From: Eledone cirrhosa
Taxonomy: Eukaryota
Length of the DNA stretch: 64,000 bases
NCBI GenBank assembly: GCA_964016885.1
Contig: OZ024740.1
Location: 426,622,001 to 426,686,000, forward strand
Reading direction: 5' to 3'
The notes beneath the pieces are model-generated. The model saw only the letters and a program-made list of their open reading frames with translations, had not been told where the DNA came from and did no database searches. A program made the position numbers and the translations under genes. Shown one piece after another: positions 48,814 through 62,424 of the stretch (positions are counted from its first letter, which is position 1; each line of letters begins with the position of its first letter).

Positions 48814-51800
48814 ATGACCTCACTCAGAATAGGCAGCATAAATGCGCGTGGCTTGGGGTTGTCATGGAAGGAGGGTCACCTGCTCAACGACCTAAGGTCA
48901 ATAAATATAGGTGTAGTGGCCATCAGCGAGACCAGAATCTCCGAAGCACGGGCCTTCGCACCGATCTTCGGCGGCTACGATGTGTACGCATCTCCCAGCC
49001 GTCCTGAATCAGGGGGAGGAGTTGCTGTGCTTTTTCGGAGAGGTTTGGATCTCGCCATATGGGCAATCTTCCTGGACCCAGAGGGTAAGCTGGTGGTGCT
49101 GGACGTGACCACCGGAGACGGGCAAGCTTTCAGGCTAGTGGCCGTCTATGCCCCGACAGGAGCAGGGCTGCCTGATTTCTTCCGGCGTCTGGAGACCTTT
49201 CTTGGAACGTCCCGCTCTTTAGTGTTAGATGCACGTTGGGACTGTGTGGGATTAGTGGATAGGGAAGGAGGGTGCAAGAGTCTCACCAACCTGCTCAGAC
49301 GTTTTGAACTGTCTGACAGGTACCGAATGGATTTCCCGAATGTACCAATGTGGACTTGGACAAATCGCATAGGGTCATCCAGATCATATCTAGATAGAGT
49401 ATTTTGTAGGGAAATAGATAGGTCTAGCATAGGCTGTCCACAATTCAAGATAGTCAGCTACACGGACCACAAATTCGTGATCTGTGTGCTTGACTTAGAT
49501 AGGTTTCATAGACGAGGACCCGGCTACTGGAAGCTAAATGCGTCCTTACCAGCGCACAAGGCCTACTGAGACCGGATTAGCGAACTAGTTAAGCGGGCGT
49601 TGACGGGGGCCATCGTCAACAACAAGTTGTGGTTTGCTCTGAAAAGAGCGATTAGAATAGAATCCATTAGGTTTAGTAAGGCTTGAGCAATAGAGAAAAA
49701 TAGAGCAGAGGGAGAACTAGTTAGAAAATTAGACGAGGCGCTAAGCAAAGGCATTGCGACCGACGTGCTTGCGGCGAAATTGGCCCTTGACCAATTCTTC
49801 AATGCAAAGCACGAAGGTTGCATTGTCAGAGCAAGGGTGCGGGCTCTCAGACACGAGGGGACGAAAGCCGGTCAATGGGCCCGAGTGGCGGAGGCGCGTC
49901 GTGGCAACAAAGCCACGATCCGGTCTTTGGTGGACCACGACGGGCGCATGCTACTCGATCCCGGGAAAATGTGTGAAGCTTTTCAGCGACACTTTGCTCA
50001 GCTGTTCGGGGGCAGCTGTGGGCCGGGTCGAGGGATGGACTTTAGTGTCTACCTCGACGGACTGCCGCGGCTCTCGGCCACTGAGGCGAAGTGTTGCGAA
50101 AAGCCGATAACAGCCGCTGAAGTAAGGGAGGCAATGACTGGCTGCACAAGGGGTAAATCGCCTGGTTTGGATGGTCTGCCCTATGAAAGTTACGTACAGA
50201 TGCCAGACTTGTTCGGAGGCCTCTTGGCGGACGTCTACTGCAACTGGCAACAGAACGGGAGAATTCCCAGTTCTGTGAGACGAGGAGCGGTGGCACTGCT
50301 GAGAAAGGATCCGAACAAGGGAGATAACATAGATAATTTTAGGCCCATAACTCTGCTAAACACAGAGTTCAAGATTTTTGCCAAGGTGCTAGCAAAGAGG
50401 TTGGCGCTTGTCGTTGGTGGTCTGGTGGGAGAGGCGCAGACATGCGCCATTCCTGACAGATCCATCCACGACAACCTCCACCTCATGCCATACATCGTAG
50501 AGAGGGTAGCTAGGGAACCTGGCACGGGTGGGTCTTTGATCAATTTAGATCAGTCGAAACTTTCGATAGGGTCGACCATCGTTACCTAGCGGCAGTCCTG
50601 AGGGCGGCTGGCTTTGGGCCCGTCTTCAGAGGCTGGATCGCTGCTATGCACAGCGACATCTGCTCTGTGGTGAGAGTGAACGGTCACCTGTCGGAACCGT
50701 ACAACATCATGCGCTCGGTCCGCCAAGGATGTCCCCTCTCGTCCCTCTTGTACGTATTGACATTCGAGCCATTACTGCACAAACTGGAGACGTTGAGGGC
50801 CGTCCCGCGCGAACTAGGATGCGGAAGATCCGTGTCAGCATATGCGGACGATGTCACCGTAGTGGTGTCGAACGCCAAACACATCGAGACGATCGGCACT
50901 ACACTAAGAGAATACGAAGCGGTGACAGGAGCAATGATCAACCAGGAAAAGTCAGTGGGCCTGCAGCTCGGCACCTGGAGAAGCAGGTCCATGCTGTCCA
51001 ACAGCGTCGTCGGACGCTGGACGGACGGACCGGTTAAATTGCTAGGGGTCTGGTTCGGTCCGGACCTCCAGACGGACAAAAACTGGAACGAGGTGACGAG
51101 CAGGGTGGCTTCTCTCACCCAGAAATGGGCCGAGAGGAAGCTATCCCTGAAAGGTCAAGCGGAGGTGGCTAACGCGTACATCGCGTCTGTCATCTGCTAC
51201 CGCCTGACCGTCGTACCTTGTCCTAAGCCTCGCCTGACTGCGCTGGAGCGTTTGCTCTTCCGCTTTTTGAGGAAGGGACGCGCTCCGATGGTCAGGCGGT
51301 CCATCTGTTGTCAACCCCGCTACGTGGAGGGCTGGGCATGCCGTGGCTGATGATGCGCAGACACGCGCTCAGGCTACGACATCTCCACCTCTTCCTCGAC
51401 GGTGATCAGGTGTGGTCGCCGTTTGCTAGACACGTATTTCCCCAGCTCGTTTCCTTGACGGAGCTGCAGTCCTGGGTCAAGCGAAGACCGAGAGGGAGCG
51501 CCTGGAGACTGGAATGTCTTCAGGCGCTCACAGCCCTCGACCAATCGGGCAATGTGATCGGTGGAAACTCCACCTCGGCGTTCTATAGAGGATTAGTGGA
51601 GGAGAAGAGCGACGACGTACTTGGAGAAACTCTAGGCGTCAACGAAAATCAACTAGCCAATCTCTTCGGAAGGACTTTCGGGCCAGGGCCTATGGACAAC
51701 TTCCAGAAATCCCTGGCCTGGCAGTGCTACCGGGGTGCTTTGCCAGTTCGGGATAAACTTTACAGGCATGGAGGTGCCGTCAGCCGGGCATTCCGAGATG

Positions 51801-52206
51801 CGCACAGGGCGACGAAACCGTCCTGCACGCACTCGTCCAGTGTCCGAGCATTGCTGACTTGTGGGTTTGTTTCGAACACCTGCTGTCACGTGTAGAACGG
51901 ATCCAGCTATCAGCTGAGTCCATCGTGAGTATTGCCCCGCCCTCTTCCTTTAGCCGGGAAGGGCAGGCAGTTTTTATCTGTCTGGTGGCCATGGCGAAAG
52001 AGTTAGTATGGTGGACACGTTTGAAAGGGCTGAAGACGAGCACTTACCTCTTCGGTGATGCCCTGATTAACTTTTTCAAATTTCATTTGAAAAGGAAAAT
52101 CAGGGTAGAGAGGGAAGTGCTCTCTTCCCAGCATTTTGTTGAAAGATGGGTGAGAGAAGCAAGTATGGCCCGAATGAATGGGCCTTCTCTGAGTATGTGT
52201 CTGTAA
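48814..52206 (+). pseudogene. Tx1-like ORF2 (APE endonuclease + RT) with stops and frameshifts
   Basis: SINARGL, AISET, VYAP, YLDR, TDHK; SPGLDGLP, FRPITLLN, QGCPLS, YADD; GDxN motif missing. Confidence 0.9.
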
Positions 52207-52451
52207 ATTAAAGGTGGAAAACTTGGAGAGGGTACTTGCCCTGGTGGTCAGGGTCACTGTGGTCTTTTAATGGGCTTTCTCCACATATGTCCCTCGGAAG
52301 TCTCCCCCGTATTGGGGAATTTTTCTTTGTTATTTTATTTCATCCTCTGTTTTTTTTCAACACGCAGAAATGCCCATTTGTACCGTCCTGTATTGTCCTG
52401 TGCTGTCCTTAATGTCTACTTTATGTAAACCCTTGTGGTTAATAAAGAAAA

Positions 52452-52485
<34 letters not shown>

Positions 52486-52728
52486 GTTGTTGTTCTTCTT
52501 CTTCTTCTTCTTCTTCTTCTTCTTCTTCTTCTTCTTCTTCTTCTTCTTCTTCTTCTTCTTCTTCTTCTTCTTCTTCTTCTTCTTCTTCTTCACACCAGCA
52601 ACATCACGTGACTACCTGTGAGGGGGGCCGACAGTAATAGTAGTCATAGAACATATAGAATCCGTCCGAGGCCGCCCTTATTATTTACTATATATATATA
52701 TATATTGTAGAGAAACAGACTCATGTGA

Positions 52729-52801
52729 GGGGAATTAGCTCAGATGGTAGAGCGCTCGCTTAGCATGCGAGAGGTACCGGGATCGATGCCCGGATTCTCC
52801 A
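52729..52801 (+). tRNA. tRNA-Ala(AGC), intact
   Basis: All stems pair; G3.U70; TATA upstream, TTTT downstream. Confidence 0.95.
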
Positions 52802-53454
52802 TACGTCAAGATTTCTTTTCAAATATTTTTTCTTCTTCAAATCTACAGCATCACATGACCATCTTTTGAGGTTGGCTGTCAGTTGTAATCGATAGAAGTG
52901 ATAACACAATTGGCCCTTAAATTCATACAGCCTGAAAATCGCACCAGACTATTTCAACCATATATCTATATATATAAAACATAGGAGGTCTGTTTGTGCA
53001 AATCCCTAAAACTCCAGATGTACTCAACTGACTTTTTTCAAACTTTACACATATGTTACTTATAATACTTGAAGTCCAATAGGCTAATAGAAATTTAACT
53101 TTTGATGTTATTTTTTCATGTTCAATTATGCAGCATCACGTGACCTTCATTTGAACATGTCTCTCGCTATAGTCAATTGACATAATCACACAATTGGTCG
53201 TTAAAGTTGAACAACTTGAATATCGTGCAGGAGGATTTGAACCTAATATGTTTTATAAAAGCAAACTCTCACAATGGAAAATACATAGAAATTGAATCAG
53301 TCTAAGAAAATACATATCAAACTTACGATCATTGTCAAATCTGTTAGTAGGGAAAATTGAGTATTAATTTTAACTAACCAGTCAAATCGAATTGGTCAAA
53401 GATCTCCGTATGTCATTCACTATATAGATGTATGTAACTGTGTGGTTCACATGA

Positions 53455-53527
53455 GGGGAATTAGCTCAGATGGTAGAGCGCTCGCTTTGCATGCGAGAGG
53501 TACCGGGATCAACGCCCGGACTCTCCA
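53455..53527 (+). tRNA. tRNA-Ala(TGC), A6.C67 mismatch
   Basis: Cloverleaf with one acceptor mismatch. Confidence 0.8.
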
Positions 53528-54006
53528 AATGTAGGAGTTATATTACTATATATTTTGATGTTTCTACATTTTACAATTTTCTATTATTGTTGTTGTTTTG
53601 CTGTTGAATGTGATGGATTGGCAGTACCTGTAATCCTCAGACAACATACTTTACAGTATAGAGTTATGGCCCTTTACGTTCCGAGTTAAAATCGCGCCCA
53701 TGTCAACTTAAAATAAATTAACAATAATGTACTGGGTATTTCACGGCCATGTTACAAAGGTAGAAACAATTATTTTTATTGTTGTTGTTGTTGTTGTTGT
53801 TGTTCTTCTTCTTCTTCTTCTTCTTCTTCTTCTTCTTCTTCTTCTTCTTCTTCTTCTTCTTCTTCACACCACCAGCATCACGTGACCTACCTGTGAGGAG
53901 GGCCGTCAGCAATAGTAATCTTAGAACATATAGAATCCGTCCGTGGCCGCCCTTATTATTTACTATATATAGATATATATATATTGTAGAGAAACAGACT
54001 CATGTG

Positions 54007-54079
54007 ACGGAATTACCTCAGATGGTAGAGCGCTCGCTTAGCATGCGAGAGGTGCCGGGATCGATGCCAGGATTCTCCA
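54007..54079 (+). pseudogene. tRNA-Ala(AGC) pseudogene
   Basis: 5' ACGG, G10C and T-stem mismatch. Confidence 0.8.
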
Positions 54080-54732
54080 TGCGTCAAGATTTCTTTTCAA
54101 ATATTTTTTTCTTGTTCAAAACTACAGCATCACATGACCTTCTTTTGAGGTTGGCTGTCAGTTGTAATCGATAGAAGTGATAACACAATTAGACCTTAAA
54201 TTCATAGAGCCTGAAAATAGCACCAGACTATTTCAACCATATATCTATATATATAAAATATAGGAGGTCTGTTTGAACAAATCCCTAAAACTGCAGATGT
54301 ACTCGACTGACTTTTTTCAAACTTTACACATGTGTTACTTATAATACTTGAAGTGCAATAGGCTAGTAGAAATTTAACTTTTGATGTTATTTTTTCATGT
54401 TCAATTATGTAGCATCACGTGACCTTCATTTGAACATGTCTCTCGCTATAGTCAATTGACATAATCCCACAATTGGTCGTTAAAGTTGAACAACTTGAAT
54501 ATCGTGCAGGAGGATTTAAACCAAATATGTTTTATAAAAGCAAACTCTCACAATGGAAAATACATAGAAATTGAATAAGTCTAAGAAAATACATATCAAA
54601 CTTACGATCATTGTCAAATCTGTTAGTAGGGATAATTGAGTATTAATTTTAACTAACCAGTCAAATCGAATTGGTCAAAGATCTCCGTATGTCATTCACT
54701 ACATAGATGTATATAACTATTGGTTCTCGTGA

Positions 54733-54805
54733 GGGGAATTAGCCCAGATGGTAGAGCGCTCGCTTTGCATGCGAGAGGTACCGGGATCGACGCCCGGATT
54801 CTCCA
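54733..54805 (+). tRNA. tRNA-Ala(TGC), D-stem mismatch
   Basis: GCCC instead of GCTC. Confidence 0.8.
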
Positions 54806-55289
54806 AATGTAGGAGTTATATTACTATATATTTTGATGTTTCTACATTTTACAATTTTCTATTATTGTTGTTGTTTCTGCTGATGAATGTGATGGATTGG
54901 CAGTACCTGTAATCATCAGAAAACATGCTTTACAGTATAGAGTTATGGCCCTTTACGTTCCGAGTTAAAATCGCGCCCATGTCAACTTAAAATAAATTAA
55001 CAATAATGTACTGGGTATTTCACGGCCTTGTTACAAAAGTAGAAACAATTATTTTTGTTGTTGTTGTTTTTGTTCTTCTTCTTCTTCTTCTTCTTCTTCT
55101 TCTTCTTCTTCTTCTTCTTCTTCTTCTTCTTCTTCTTCTTCTTCTTCACACCACCAGCATCACGTGACCTACCTGTGAGGAGGGCCGTCAGCAATAGTAA
55201 TCATAGAACATATAGAATCCGTCCGAGGCCGCCCTTATTATTTACTATATATATATATATATATATTGTAGAGAAACAGACTCATGTGA

Positions 55290-55362
55290 GGGGAATTAGC
55301 TCAGATGGTAGAGCGCTCGCTTAGCATGCGAGAGGTACCGGGATCGATGCCAGGATTCTCCA
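55290..55362 (+). tRNA. tRNA-Ala(AGC), T-stem mismatch
   Basis: CCAGG instead of CCCGG. Confidence 0.75.
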
Positions 55363-56013
55363 TGCGTCAAGATTTCTTTTCAAATATTTTTTCTTCTTCA
55401 AAACTACAGCATCACATGACCATCTTTTGAGGTTGGCTGTCAGTTGTAATCGATAGAAGTTGTAACACAATTGGCCCTTAATTCGTACAGCCTGAAAATC
55501 GCACCAGACTATTTCAACCATATATCTATATATATAAAACATAGGAGGTCTGTTTGTGCAAATCCCTAAAACTCCAGATGTACTCGACTGACTTTTTTCA
55601 AACTTTACACATGTGTTACTTATAATACTTGAAGTCCAATAGGCTAATAGAAATTTAACTTTTGATGTTATTTTTTCATGTTCAATTATGCAGCCTCACG
55701 TGACCTTCATTTGAACATGTCTCTCGCTATAGTCAATTGACATAATCACACAATTGGTCGTTAAAGTTGAACAACTTGAATATCATGCAGGAGGATTTAA
55801 ACCAAATATGTTTTATAAAAGCAAACTCTCACAATGGAAAATACATAGAAATTGAATCAGTCTAAGAAAATACATATCAAACTTACGATCATTGTCAAAT
55901 CTGTTAGTAGGGAAAATTCAGTATTAATTTTAACTAACCAGTCAAATCGAATTGGTCAAAGATCTCCGTATGTCATTCACTATATAGATGTATATAACTG
56001 TATGGTTCACATG

Positions 56014-56086
56014 AGGGAATTAGCTCAGATGGTAGAGCGCTCGCTTTGCATGCGAGAGGTACCGGGATCAACGCCCGGATTCTCCA
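56014..56086 (+). tRNA. tRNA-Ala(TGC), one 5' G lost
   Basis: A1.C72 mismatch. Confidence 0.7.
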
Positions 56087-56562
56087 AATGTAGGAGTTAT
56101 ATTACTATATATTTTGATGTTTCTACATTTTACAATTTTCTATTATTGTTGTTGTTTTGCTGTTGAATGTGATGGATTGGCAGTACCTGTAATCCTCAGA
56201 CAACATGCTTTACAGTATAGAGTTATGGCCCTTTACGTTCCGAGTTAAAATCGCGCCCATGTCAACTTAAAATAAATTAACAATAATGTACTGGGTATTT
56301 CACGGCCATGTTACAAAGGTAGAAACAATTATTTTTGTTGTTGTTGTTGTTGTTCTTCTTCTTCTTCTTCTTCTTCTTCTTCTTCTTCTTCTTCTTCTTC
56401 TTCTTCTTCTTCTTCTTCTTCACACCACCAGCATCACGTGACCTACCTGTGAGGAGGGCCGTCAGCAATAGTAATCTTAGAACATATAGAATCCGTCCGT
56501 GGCCGCCCTTATTATTTACTATATATATATATATATATATTGTAGAGAAACAGACTCATGTG

Positions 56563-56635
56563 AGGGAATTAGCTCAGATGGTAGAGCGCTCGCTTAGCAT
56601 GCGAGAGGTGCCGGGATCGATGCCCGGATTCTCCA
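56563..56635 (+). tRNA. tRNA-Ala(AGC), one 5' G lost
   Basis: A1.C72 mismatch. Confidence 0.7.
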
Positions 56636-57289
56636 TGCGTCAAGATTTCTTTTCAAATATTTTTTTCTTGTTCAAAACTACAGCATCACATGACCTTCTT
56701 TTGAGGTTGGCTGTCAGTTGTAATCGATAGAAGTGATAACACAATTGGCCCTTAAATTCATACAGCCTGAAAATAGCAGCAGACTATTTCAACCATACAT
56801 ATATATATACAAAATATAGGAGGTCTGTTTGTGCAAATCCCTAAAACTCCAGATGTACTTAACTGACTTTTTTCAAACTTTACACATGTGTTACTTATAA
56901 TACTTGAAGTCCAATAGGCTAATAGAAATTTAACTTTTGATGTTATTTTTTCATGTTCAATTATGCAGCCTCACGTGACCTTCATTTGAACATGTCTCTC
57001 GCTATAGTCAATTGACATAATCACACAATTGGTCGTTAAAGTTGAACAACTTGAATATCATGCAGGAGGATTTAAACCAAATATGTTTTATAAAAGCAAA
57101 CTCTCACAATGGAAAATACATAGAAATTGAATCAGTCTAAGAAAATACATATCAAACTTACGATCATTGTCAAATCTGTTAGTAGGGAAAATTCAGTATT
57201 AATTTTAACTAACCAGTCAAATCGAATTGGTCAAAGATCTCCGTATGTCATTCACTATATAGATGTATATAACTGTGTGGTTCTCCTGA

Positions 57290-57362
57290 GGGGAATTAGC
57301 TCAGATGGTAGAGCGCTCGCTTTGCATGCGAGAGGTACCGGGATCAACGCCCGGATTCTCCA
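57290..57362 (+). tRNA. tRNA-Ala(TGC), intact
   Basis: Full cloverleaf, G3.U70. Confidence 0.92.
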
Positions 57363-57611
57363 AATGTAGGAGTTATATTACTATATATTTTGATGTTTCT
57401 ACATTTTACAATTTTCTATTATTGTTGTTGTTTCTGCTGATGAATGTGATGGATTGGCAGTACCTGTAATCATCAGACAACATGCTTTACAGTATAGACT
57501 TATGGCCCTTTACGTTCCGAGTTAAAATCGCGCCCATGTCAACTTAAAATAAATTAACAATAATGTACAGGGTATTTCACGGCCTTGTTCCAAAAGTAGA
57601 AACAATTATTT

Positions 57612-57679
<68 letters not shown>

Positions 57680-57877
57680 CTTCTTCTTCTTCTTCTTCTT
57701 CTTCTTCTTCTTCTTCTTCTTCTTCTTCTTCTTCACACCACCAGCATCACGTGACCTACCTGTGAGGAGGGCCGTCAGCAATAGTAATCATAGAACATAT
57801 AGAATCCGTCCGAGGCCGCCCTTATTATTTACTATATATATATGTATATATATATTGTAGAGAAACAGACTCATGTG

Positions 57878-57950
57878 AGTGAATTAGCTCAGATGGTAGA
57901 GCGCTCGCTTAGCATGCGAGAGGTACCGGGATCGATGCCCGGATTCTCCA
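57878..57950 (+). pseudogene. tRNA-Ala(AGC) lacking the G3.U70 identity pair
   Basis: 5' AGTG instead of GGGG. Confidence 0.75.
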
Positions 57951-58604
57951 TGCGTCAAGATTTCTTTTCAAATATTTTTTTCTTGTTCAAAACTACAGCA
58001 TCACATGACCTTCTTTTGAGGTTGGCTGTCAGTTGTAATCGATAGAAGTGATAACACAATTGGCCCTTAAATTCATACAGACTGAAAATAGCACCAGACT
58101 ATTTCAACCATATATCTATATATATAAAATATAGGAGGTCTGTTTGTGCAAATCCCTAAAACTCCAGATGTACTCGACTGACTTTTTTCAAACTTTACAC
58201 ATGTGTTACTTATAATACTTGAAGTGCAATAGGCTAGTAGAAATTTAACTTTTGATGCGATTTTTTCATGTTCAATTATGTAGCATCACGTGACCTTCAT
58301 TGGAACATGTCTCTCGCTATAGTCAATTGACATAATCACACAATTGGTCGTTAAAGTTGAACAACTTGAATATCGTGCAGGAGGATTTAAACCAAATATG
58401 TTTTATAAAAGCAAACTCTCACAATGGAAAATACATAGAAATTGAATCAGTCTAAGAAAATACATATCGAACTTACGATCATTGTCAAATCTGTTAGTAG
58501 GGATAATTGAGTATTAATTTTAACTAACCAGTCAAATCGAATTGGTCAAAGATCTCCGTATGTCATTCACTATATAGATGTATATAACTGTGTGGTTCTC
58601 CTGA

Positions 58605-58677
58605 GGGGAATTAGCTCAGATGGTAGAGCGCTCGCTTTGCATGCGAGAGGTACCGGGATCAACGCCCGGATTCTCCA
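58605..58677 (+). tRNA. tRNA-Ala(TGC), intact
   Basis: Full cloverleaf. Confidence 0.92.
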
Positions 58678-59149
58678 AATGTAGGAGTTATATTACTATA
58701 TATTTTGATGTTTCTACATTTTACAATTTTCTATTATTGTTGTTGTTTCTGCTGTTGAATGTGATGGATTGGCAGTACCTGTAATCATCAGACAACATGC
58801 TTTACAGTATAGAGTTATGGCCCTTTACGTTCCGAGTTAAAATCGCGCCCATGCCAACTTAAAATAAATTAACAATAATGTACTGGGTATTTCACAGCCT
58901 TGTTCCAAAAGTAAAAACAATTATATTTGTTGTTGTTGTTGTTGTTGTTGTTGTTCTTCTTCTTCTTCTTCTTCTTCTTCTTCTTCTTCTTCTTCTTCTT
59001 CTTCTTCACACCACCAGCATCACGTGACCTACCTGTGAGGAGGGCCGTCAGCAATAGTAATCATAGAACATATAGAATCCGTCCGAGGCCGCCCTTATTA
59101 TTTACTGTATATATATATATATATATTGTAGAGAAACAGACTCATGTGA

Positions 59150-59222
59150 GGGGAATTAGCTCAGATGGTAGAGCGCTCGCTTAGCATGCGAGAGGTACCG
59201 GGATCGATGCCAGGATTCTCCA
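59150..59222 (+). tRNA. tRNA-Ala(AGC), T-stem mismatch
   Basis: CCAGG variant, same as 55290. Confidence 0.75.
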
Positions 59223-59874
59223 TGCGTCAAGATTTCTTTTCAAATATTTTTTCTTCTTCAAAACTACAGCATCACATGACCATCTTTTGAGGTTGGCTGT
59301 CAGTTGTAATCGATAGAAGTTGTAACACAATTGGCCCTTAATTCGTACAGCCTGAAAATCGCACCAGACTATTTCAACCATATATCTATATATATAAAAC
59401 ATAGGAGGTCTGTTTGTGCAAATCCCTAAAACTCCAGATGTACTCGACTGACTTTTTTCAAACTTTACACATGTGTTACTTATAATACTTGAAGTCCAAT
59501 AGGCTAATAGAAATTTAACTTTTGATGTTATTTTTTCATGTTCAATTATGCAGCCTCACGTGACCTTCATTTGAACATGTCTCTCGCTATAGTCAATTGA
59601 CATAATCACACAATTGGTCGTTAAAGTTGAACAACTTGAATATCATGCAGGAGGATTTAAACCAAATATGTTTTATAAAAGCAAACTCTCACAATGGAAA
59701 ATACATAGAAATTGAATCAGTCTAAGAAAATACATATCAAACTTACGATCATTGTCAAATCTGTTAGTAGGGAAAATTCAGTATTAATTTTAACTAACCA
59801 GTCAAATCGAATTGGTCAAAGATCTCCGTATGTCATTCACTATATAGATGTATATAACTGTATGGTTCACATGA

Positions 59875-59947
59875 GGGGAATTAGCTCAGATGGTAGAGCG
59901 CTCGCTTTGCATGCGAGAGGTACCGGGATCAACGCCCGGATTCTCCA
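59875..59947 (+). tRNA. tRNA-Ala(TGC), intact
   Basis: Full cloverleaf. Confidence 0.92.
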
Positions 59948-60420
59948 AATGTAGGAGTTATATTACTATATATTTTGATGTTTCTACATTTTACAATTTT
60001 CTATTATTGTTGTTGTTTTGCTGTTGAATGTGATGGATTGGCAGTACCTGTAATCCTCAGACAACATGCTTTACAGTATAGAGTTATGGCCCTTTACGTT
60101 CCGAGTTAAAATCGCGCCCATGTCAACTTAAAATAAATTAACAATAATGTACTGGGTATTTCACGGCCATGTTACAAAGGTAGAAACAATTATTTTTGTT
60201 GTTGTTGTTGTTGTTCTTCTTCTTCTTCTTCTTCTTCTTCTTCTTCTTCTTCTTCTTCTTCTTCTTCTTCTTCTTCTTCACACCACCAGCATCACGTGAC
60301 CTACCTGTGAGGAGGGCCGTCAGCAATAGTAATCTTAGAACATATAGAATCCGTCCGTGGCCGCCCTTATTATTTACTATATATATATATATATATATTG
60401 TAGAGAAACAGACTCATGTG

Positions 60421-60493
60421 AGGGAATTAGCTCAGATGGTAGAGCGCTCGCTTAGCATGCGAGAGGTGCCGGGATCGATGCCCGGATTCTCCA
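60421..60493 (+). tRNA. tRNA-Ala(AGC), one 5' G lost
   Basis: Same variant as 56563. Confidence 0.7.
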
Positions 60494-61147
60494 TGCGTCA
60501 AGATTTCTTTTCAAATATTTTTTTCTTGTTCAAAACTACAGCATCACATGACCTTCTTTTGAGGTTGGCTGTCAGTTGTAATCGATAGAAGTGATAACAT
60601 AATTGGCCCTTAAATTCATACAGCCTGAAAATAGCAGCAGACTATTTCAACCATACATATATATATACAAAATATAGGAGGTCTGTTTGTGCAAATCCCT
60701 AAAACTCCAGATGTACTTAACTGACTTTTTTCAAACTTTACACATGTGTTACTTATAATACTTGAAGTCCAATAGGCTAATAGAAATTTAACTTTTGATG
60801 TTATTTTTTCATGTTCAATTATGCAGCCTCACGTGACCTTCATTTGAACATGTCTCTCGCTATAGTCAATTGACATAATCACACAATTGGTCGTTAAAGT
60901 TGAACAACTTGAATATCATGCAGGAGGATTTAAACCAAATATGTTTTATAAAAGCAAACTCTCACAATGGAAAATACATAGAAATTGAATCAGTCTAAGA
61001 AAATACATATCAAACTTACGATCATTGTCAAATCTGTTAGTAGGGAAAATTCAGTATTAATTTTAACTAACCAGTCAAATCGAATTGGTCAAAGATCTCC
61101 GTATGTCATTCAGTATATAGATGTATATAACTGTGTGGTTCTCCTGA

Positions 61148-61220
61148 GGGGAATTAGCTCAGATGGTAGAGCGCTCGCTTTGCATGCGAGAGGTACCGGG
61201 ATCGACGCCCGGATTCTCCA
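61148..61220 (+). tRNA. tRNA-Ala(TGC), intact
   Basis: Full cloverleaf. Confidence 0.92.
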
Positions 61221-61467
61221 AATGTAGGACTTATATTACTATATATTTTGATGTTTCTACATTTTACAATTTTCTATTATTGTTGTTGTTTTGCTGTTGA
61301 ATGTGATGGATTGGCAGTACCTGTAATCCTCAGAAAACATGCTTTACAGTATAGAGTTATGGCCCTTTACGTTCCGAGTTAAAATCGCGCCCATGTCAAC
61401 TTAAAATGAATGAACAATAATGAACTGGGTATTTCACGGCCTTGTTCCAAAATTAGAAACAATTTTT

Positions 61468-61511
<44 letters not shown>

Positions 61512-61697
61512 CTTCTTCTTCTTCTTCTTCTTCTTCTTCTTCTTCTTCTTCTTTTTCACACCACCAGCATCACGTGACCTACCTGTGAGGAGGGCCGTCA
61601 GCAATAGTAATCATAGAACATATAGAATCCGTCCGAGGCCGCCCTTATTATTTACTATATATGTATATATATATTGTAGAGAAACAGACTCATGTGA

Positions 61698-61770
61698 GGG
61701 GAATTAGCTCAGATGGTAGAGCGCTCGCTTAGCATGCGAGAGGTACCCGGATCGATGCCAGGATTCTCCA
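61698..61770 (+). tRNA. tRNA-Ala(AGC), T-stem C.A mismatch
   Basis: CCCGG/CCAGG T stem. Confidence 0.72.
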
Positions 61771-62424
61771 TGCGTCAAGATTTCTTTTCAAATATTTTTT
61801 TCTTGTTCAAAACTACAGCATCACATGACCTTCTTTTGAGGTTGGCTGTCAGTTGTAATCGATAGAAGTGATAACACAATTGGCCCTTAAATTCATACAG
61901 CCTGAAAATAGCACCAGACTATTTCAACCATATATCTATATATATAAAATATAGGAGGTCTGTTTGAACAAATCCCTAAAACTGCAGATGTACTCGACTG
62001 ACTTTTTTCAAACTTTACACATGTGTTACTTATAATACTTGAAGTGCAATAGGCTAGTAGAAATTTAACTTTTGATGTTATTTTTTCATGTTCAATTATG
62101 TAGCATCACGTGACCTTCATTTGAACATGTCTCTCGCTATAGTCAATTGACATAATCACACAATTGGTCGTTAAAGTTGAACAACTTGAATATCGTGCAG
62201 GAGGATTTAAACCAAATATGTTTTATAAAAGCAAACTCTCACAATGGAAAATACATAGAAATTGAATCAGTCTAAGAAAATACATATCAAACTTACGATC
62301 ATTGTCAAATCTGTTAGTAGGGATAATTCAGTATTAATTTTAACTAACCAGTCAAATCGAATTGGTCAAAGATCTCCGTATGTCATTCACTACATAGATG
62401 TATATAACTGTGTGGTTCTCGTGA

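Larger units (their letters stand above)
46457..52452 (+). mobile_element. full-length Tx1/L1-clade non-LTR retrotransposon in the tRNA array spacer
   Basis: 5' UTR, ORF1, disrupted APE-RT ORF2, 3' UTR with AATAAA, (ATT)n on both sides. Confidence 0.92.

Noticed and set aside
52729-52801. tRNA copies as SINE heads, or abnormal because of A54
   Set aside because: They end at discriminator A73 with a nearby T4 terminator; A54 is normal in this type of animal tRNA-Ala
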